Of a stretch of 64,000 nt of DNA, positions 61,690 through 64,000 are shown piece by piece (within the stretch, counting starts at the first letter, position 1; each line of letters starts with the position of its first letter). The notes under the pieces are model-generated. The model ran no database searches. It was not told where the DNA came from and saw nothing but the letters and a program-made list of their open reading frames with translations. Location: assembly GCA_963664015.2 (NCBI GenBank), contig CAXXLF010000002.1, forward strand, positions 576,001-640,000, read 5' to 3'. Made by a program: the position numbers and the translations under genes. This DNA is from Candidatus Binatia bacterium. GTDB taxonomy: Bacteria; Desulfobacterota; Binatia; UBA9968; CAXXLF01.

Positions 61690-62022
61690 TTAATGACTGG
61701 GCGCGTCGTTTACGTACCGCCCCTCGCTAAACCGGGCAAAGTAGTGCCCCAGCAGTGGATGATCGATAACCTCACCTGTCGTGTCCGGTTCCAGGTTTTG
61801 TTCCGCAACGTATGTTTGATGGCTTCCTTTATTTACCAGCACATGATACCAGGGCTTATTTTTTGGCGGCCGTGACCGGGCAACGGTTTCGTACCACTCT
61901 TCAGTCAACTGAAATTCTGGATCGACATCAACAATGACGCCACGATAATCAAACAGCTTGTGGTGCACGACGTAGCCAACAGAAAACTTCGCAGTGGACA
62001 CTTCCGTTTGGGAATCACTCAT
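61690..62022 (-). CDS. hspQ: Heat shock protein HspQ (YccV-like)
   Basis: AKFSVG..V.H....YRGVIVDVDP, PWYHVLV, YVAEQNL. Confidence 0.92.
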   Translation of the reverse strand: MSDSQTEVSTAKFSVGYVVHHKLFDYRGVIVDVDPEFQLTEEWYETVARSRPPKNKPWYHVLVNKGSHQTYVAEQNLEPDTTGEVIDHPLLGHYFARFSEGRYVNDAPSH

Positions 62023-62321
62023 CCGATTTTGCCTCGCAACAAATTAATTCGCATAATTTATATCACCCTTTCCTAGAATTGCAACCAACCTAATTACCTT
62101 TCCCAGCACTAGAGAGAAATTGCAAAAACCGCAACCTTTCGAAAGGAGTTTCGTCGCATTCCCCCCTCAACGGGCTTGTCAGCACAGTCCGTCTTGACAG
62201 GCATGCCCTATGTGATAAGGGTGCCATGGTAAAGAGTCTCCCCTACGATTGATTACCCCCCTGCCCACTGACGTGAGAACGGACAGCGGGGGCACTGGAG
62301 GTTCCCCGTATTTAGAAAAAA

Positions 62322-62670
62322 ATGGATTTCCTCGACTTCATCGTATCAATAGCTGGTATTTGTGTATTGATCTATTTGGTTTACTACATCTACGCCCTTG
62401 TCTTTTGGGGCGACGCCGCAATAAGACGTAAAGACATTCGAACCACCGCTGTAATATTGGAAAATGGGATTGCCAAGTTATATCCCAATACCGGAAAGGG
62501 TCCAAGCCATTCTCACTATATCACCTACGAGTTCACAGACACACATGGACAAAGCGAACAAAGAAGAAATTAGTAAGGTGGGATCATGCGCCGGCTAACG
62601 CTGATAACGGGATGCAGATTCCAGTGTTTTTTCTGCCGAGGCACCCCAACAGGAGCACGTTGGCGTAAGG
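62322..62670 (+). pseudogene. DUF3592-like membrane protein remnant
   Basis: TM helix then YITYEFTD.HG; ORF ends early. Confidence 0.35.
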
Positions 62671-62783
62671 CAATAGATCATACGGATCTCGTTTTGGCCC
62701 CGCTCTAAGCAATCCTAATCCAAGGTCCCCTGAGGGTCCCCTGAGACATCCCGTGTCGACATACTCAGTACCTGGGCAGATAA

Positions 62784-64000
62784 ATGAGCATGATAAGCGT
62801 AGCGGTAACAATGAGTAACATTGGCTTTCACTTCGGAATTGCATGCCTCGCCAGGCTTGCACTGGGTTGCGGATCATTGTCAAAGAAAGCCGCAGAATCC
62901 CGCGCTAATATCCACGACAAACCTCCAGCAGAACCGACGAGGCAAACCGATCAGGCCCTGCTGCGTGCGGCACAGGGCAGGAAGTCGAATTATGTGCGCG
63001 ACTTGGAGATGCTGGTAAATATCGATTCCGGCACCGATGACGCTAGCGTCCTGCCGCAGGTGAGCGACTTCCTGATGTTGCGGCTGAAGAACCTAGGCGC
63101 CACCGTGAAGATTTTACCTGCAACGCCGGCAGCCGGCAGAATGGTGCATGGAACGTTCCAGGAAACGGGCACCAAGGATATCATGCTACTGGCGCACTCC
63201 GATACCGTTTTCGGGAAAGGCGAGGCCGCCCGGAGGCTATTCAAAGTGGTAGGCAACAAGGCATTTGCTCCCAGCGTCGCCGATGCCAAGGGCGGTGTGG
63301 CGATCATCCTGCATGCGCTGAAAATCACGGGCCAGCAGGGTTTTAAGGACTATAAGACACTGACCGCCCTGTTAAATCCGGACGAAGAGAAAAGCTCACT
63401 CGGTTCGCGCGACACGATCCGTACCTTATCGGCCCGGCAGGACTACCTGCTGTCTTACAAACCGCCCGACGGGGAGCGTGTGATCGTGGCTACCAACCGG
63501 TATCGCCTACGTAAAGCTCACCGTGAAGGGCCGGGCTTCCCATGCCGGCGCCGCGCCGGAGAAGGGCCGTAACGCGGCCATCGAACTAGCATCCCAGATT
63601 TTACAGGTCAGGGACCTGGGCGATCCGGCAAAAGGCACCACCGTCAACTGGACTCTGATGCAGAGCGGCACTCGCGCCAACATCATTCCCGAATTGGCCT
63701 GCGCCACAGCCGATATGCGCCTTTCAGACGCCAATAAGACCATCAAGAAAAGATTCGTTCCCGAAACCGAAGTAACCATGAAAGTCGAAAACCGGCATCC
63801 ACCTTTCAGCAGAAACCCACAAAGCGACCGACTAGCCACACTGGCCAATCAGGTTTATCAGGAGCTGGGCAAGTCCATCGAGCCCGTCGCGATGCGCTAC
63901 GGCACCGACGCGGGATTTGCCTACCATCCGGGCAAAACGAAGCCCGCCGTCTTGGAGGGCCTGGGCATCGTCGGCGGCCGCTTGCATTCGTTGGATGAGT
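62784..64000 (+). pseudogene. M20 glutamate carboxypeptidase (CPG2-like), frameshifted; runs off the window
   Basis: LVNIDSG, H.DTVF, DAKGG, DEE. A frameshift near 63497 leads to GRASHAG.APE.GRNA; SYKP replaces the usual S.EP. Confidence 0.85.

Noticed and set aside
62195-62310. Possible riboswitch upstream of 62322
   Set aside because: Hairpins are possible, but they match no aptamer consensus I can identify, and the downstream gene is a remnant.

Overview
A 64-kb, GC-rich bacterial chromosome segment from a diderm organism. Its gene-family mix suggests a deltaproteobacteria-like lineage such as Binatota, but this is inference only. Housekeeping blocks are intact: rplU-rpmA-obg-proB-proA-nadD, coaBC-udg-nfeD-SPFH-queA-tgt-yajC-secD-secF-recJ, mlaA, a DHS-like gene, oppABC, hemQ, cca, a family-B polymerase and hspQ. 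Between them lie accessory patches with about 19 broken genes or remnants (frameshifts, nonsense codons, internal deletions, one chimera). The most notable locus follows recJ. It holds a deiodinase-like selenoprotein that the ORF track splits at its UGA (FGSIT-U-PPF, with a SECIS-like hairpin). Next comes an orphan xanthine-oxidase-family molybdoenzyme large subunit whose catalytic Glu appears replaced by Gln. Other highlights are a NarM-like/MobA fusion in a translationally coupled operon, a candidate ~230-nt structured RNA between coaBC and udg, a bicupin paired with a PcpC-like GST, and REP/MITE-like and heptamer repeats in intergenic spacers. I found no rRNA, complete tRNA, CRISPR array or transposase. 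All family calls come from motif recognition by eye; no searches were run.
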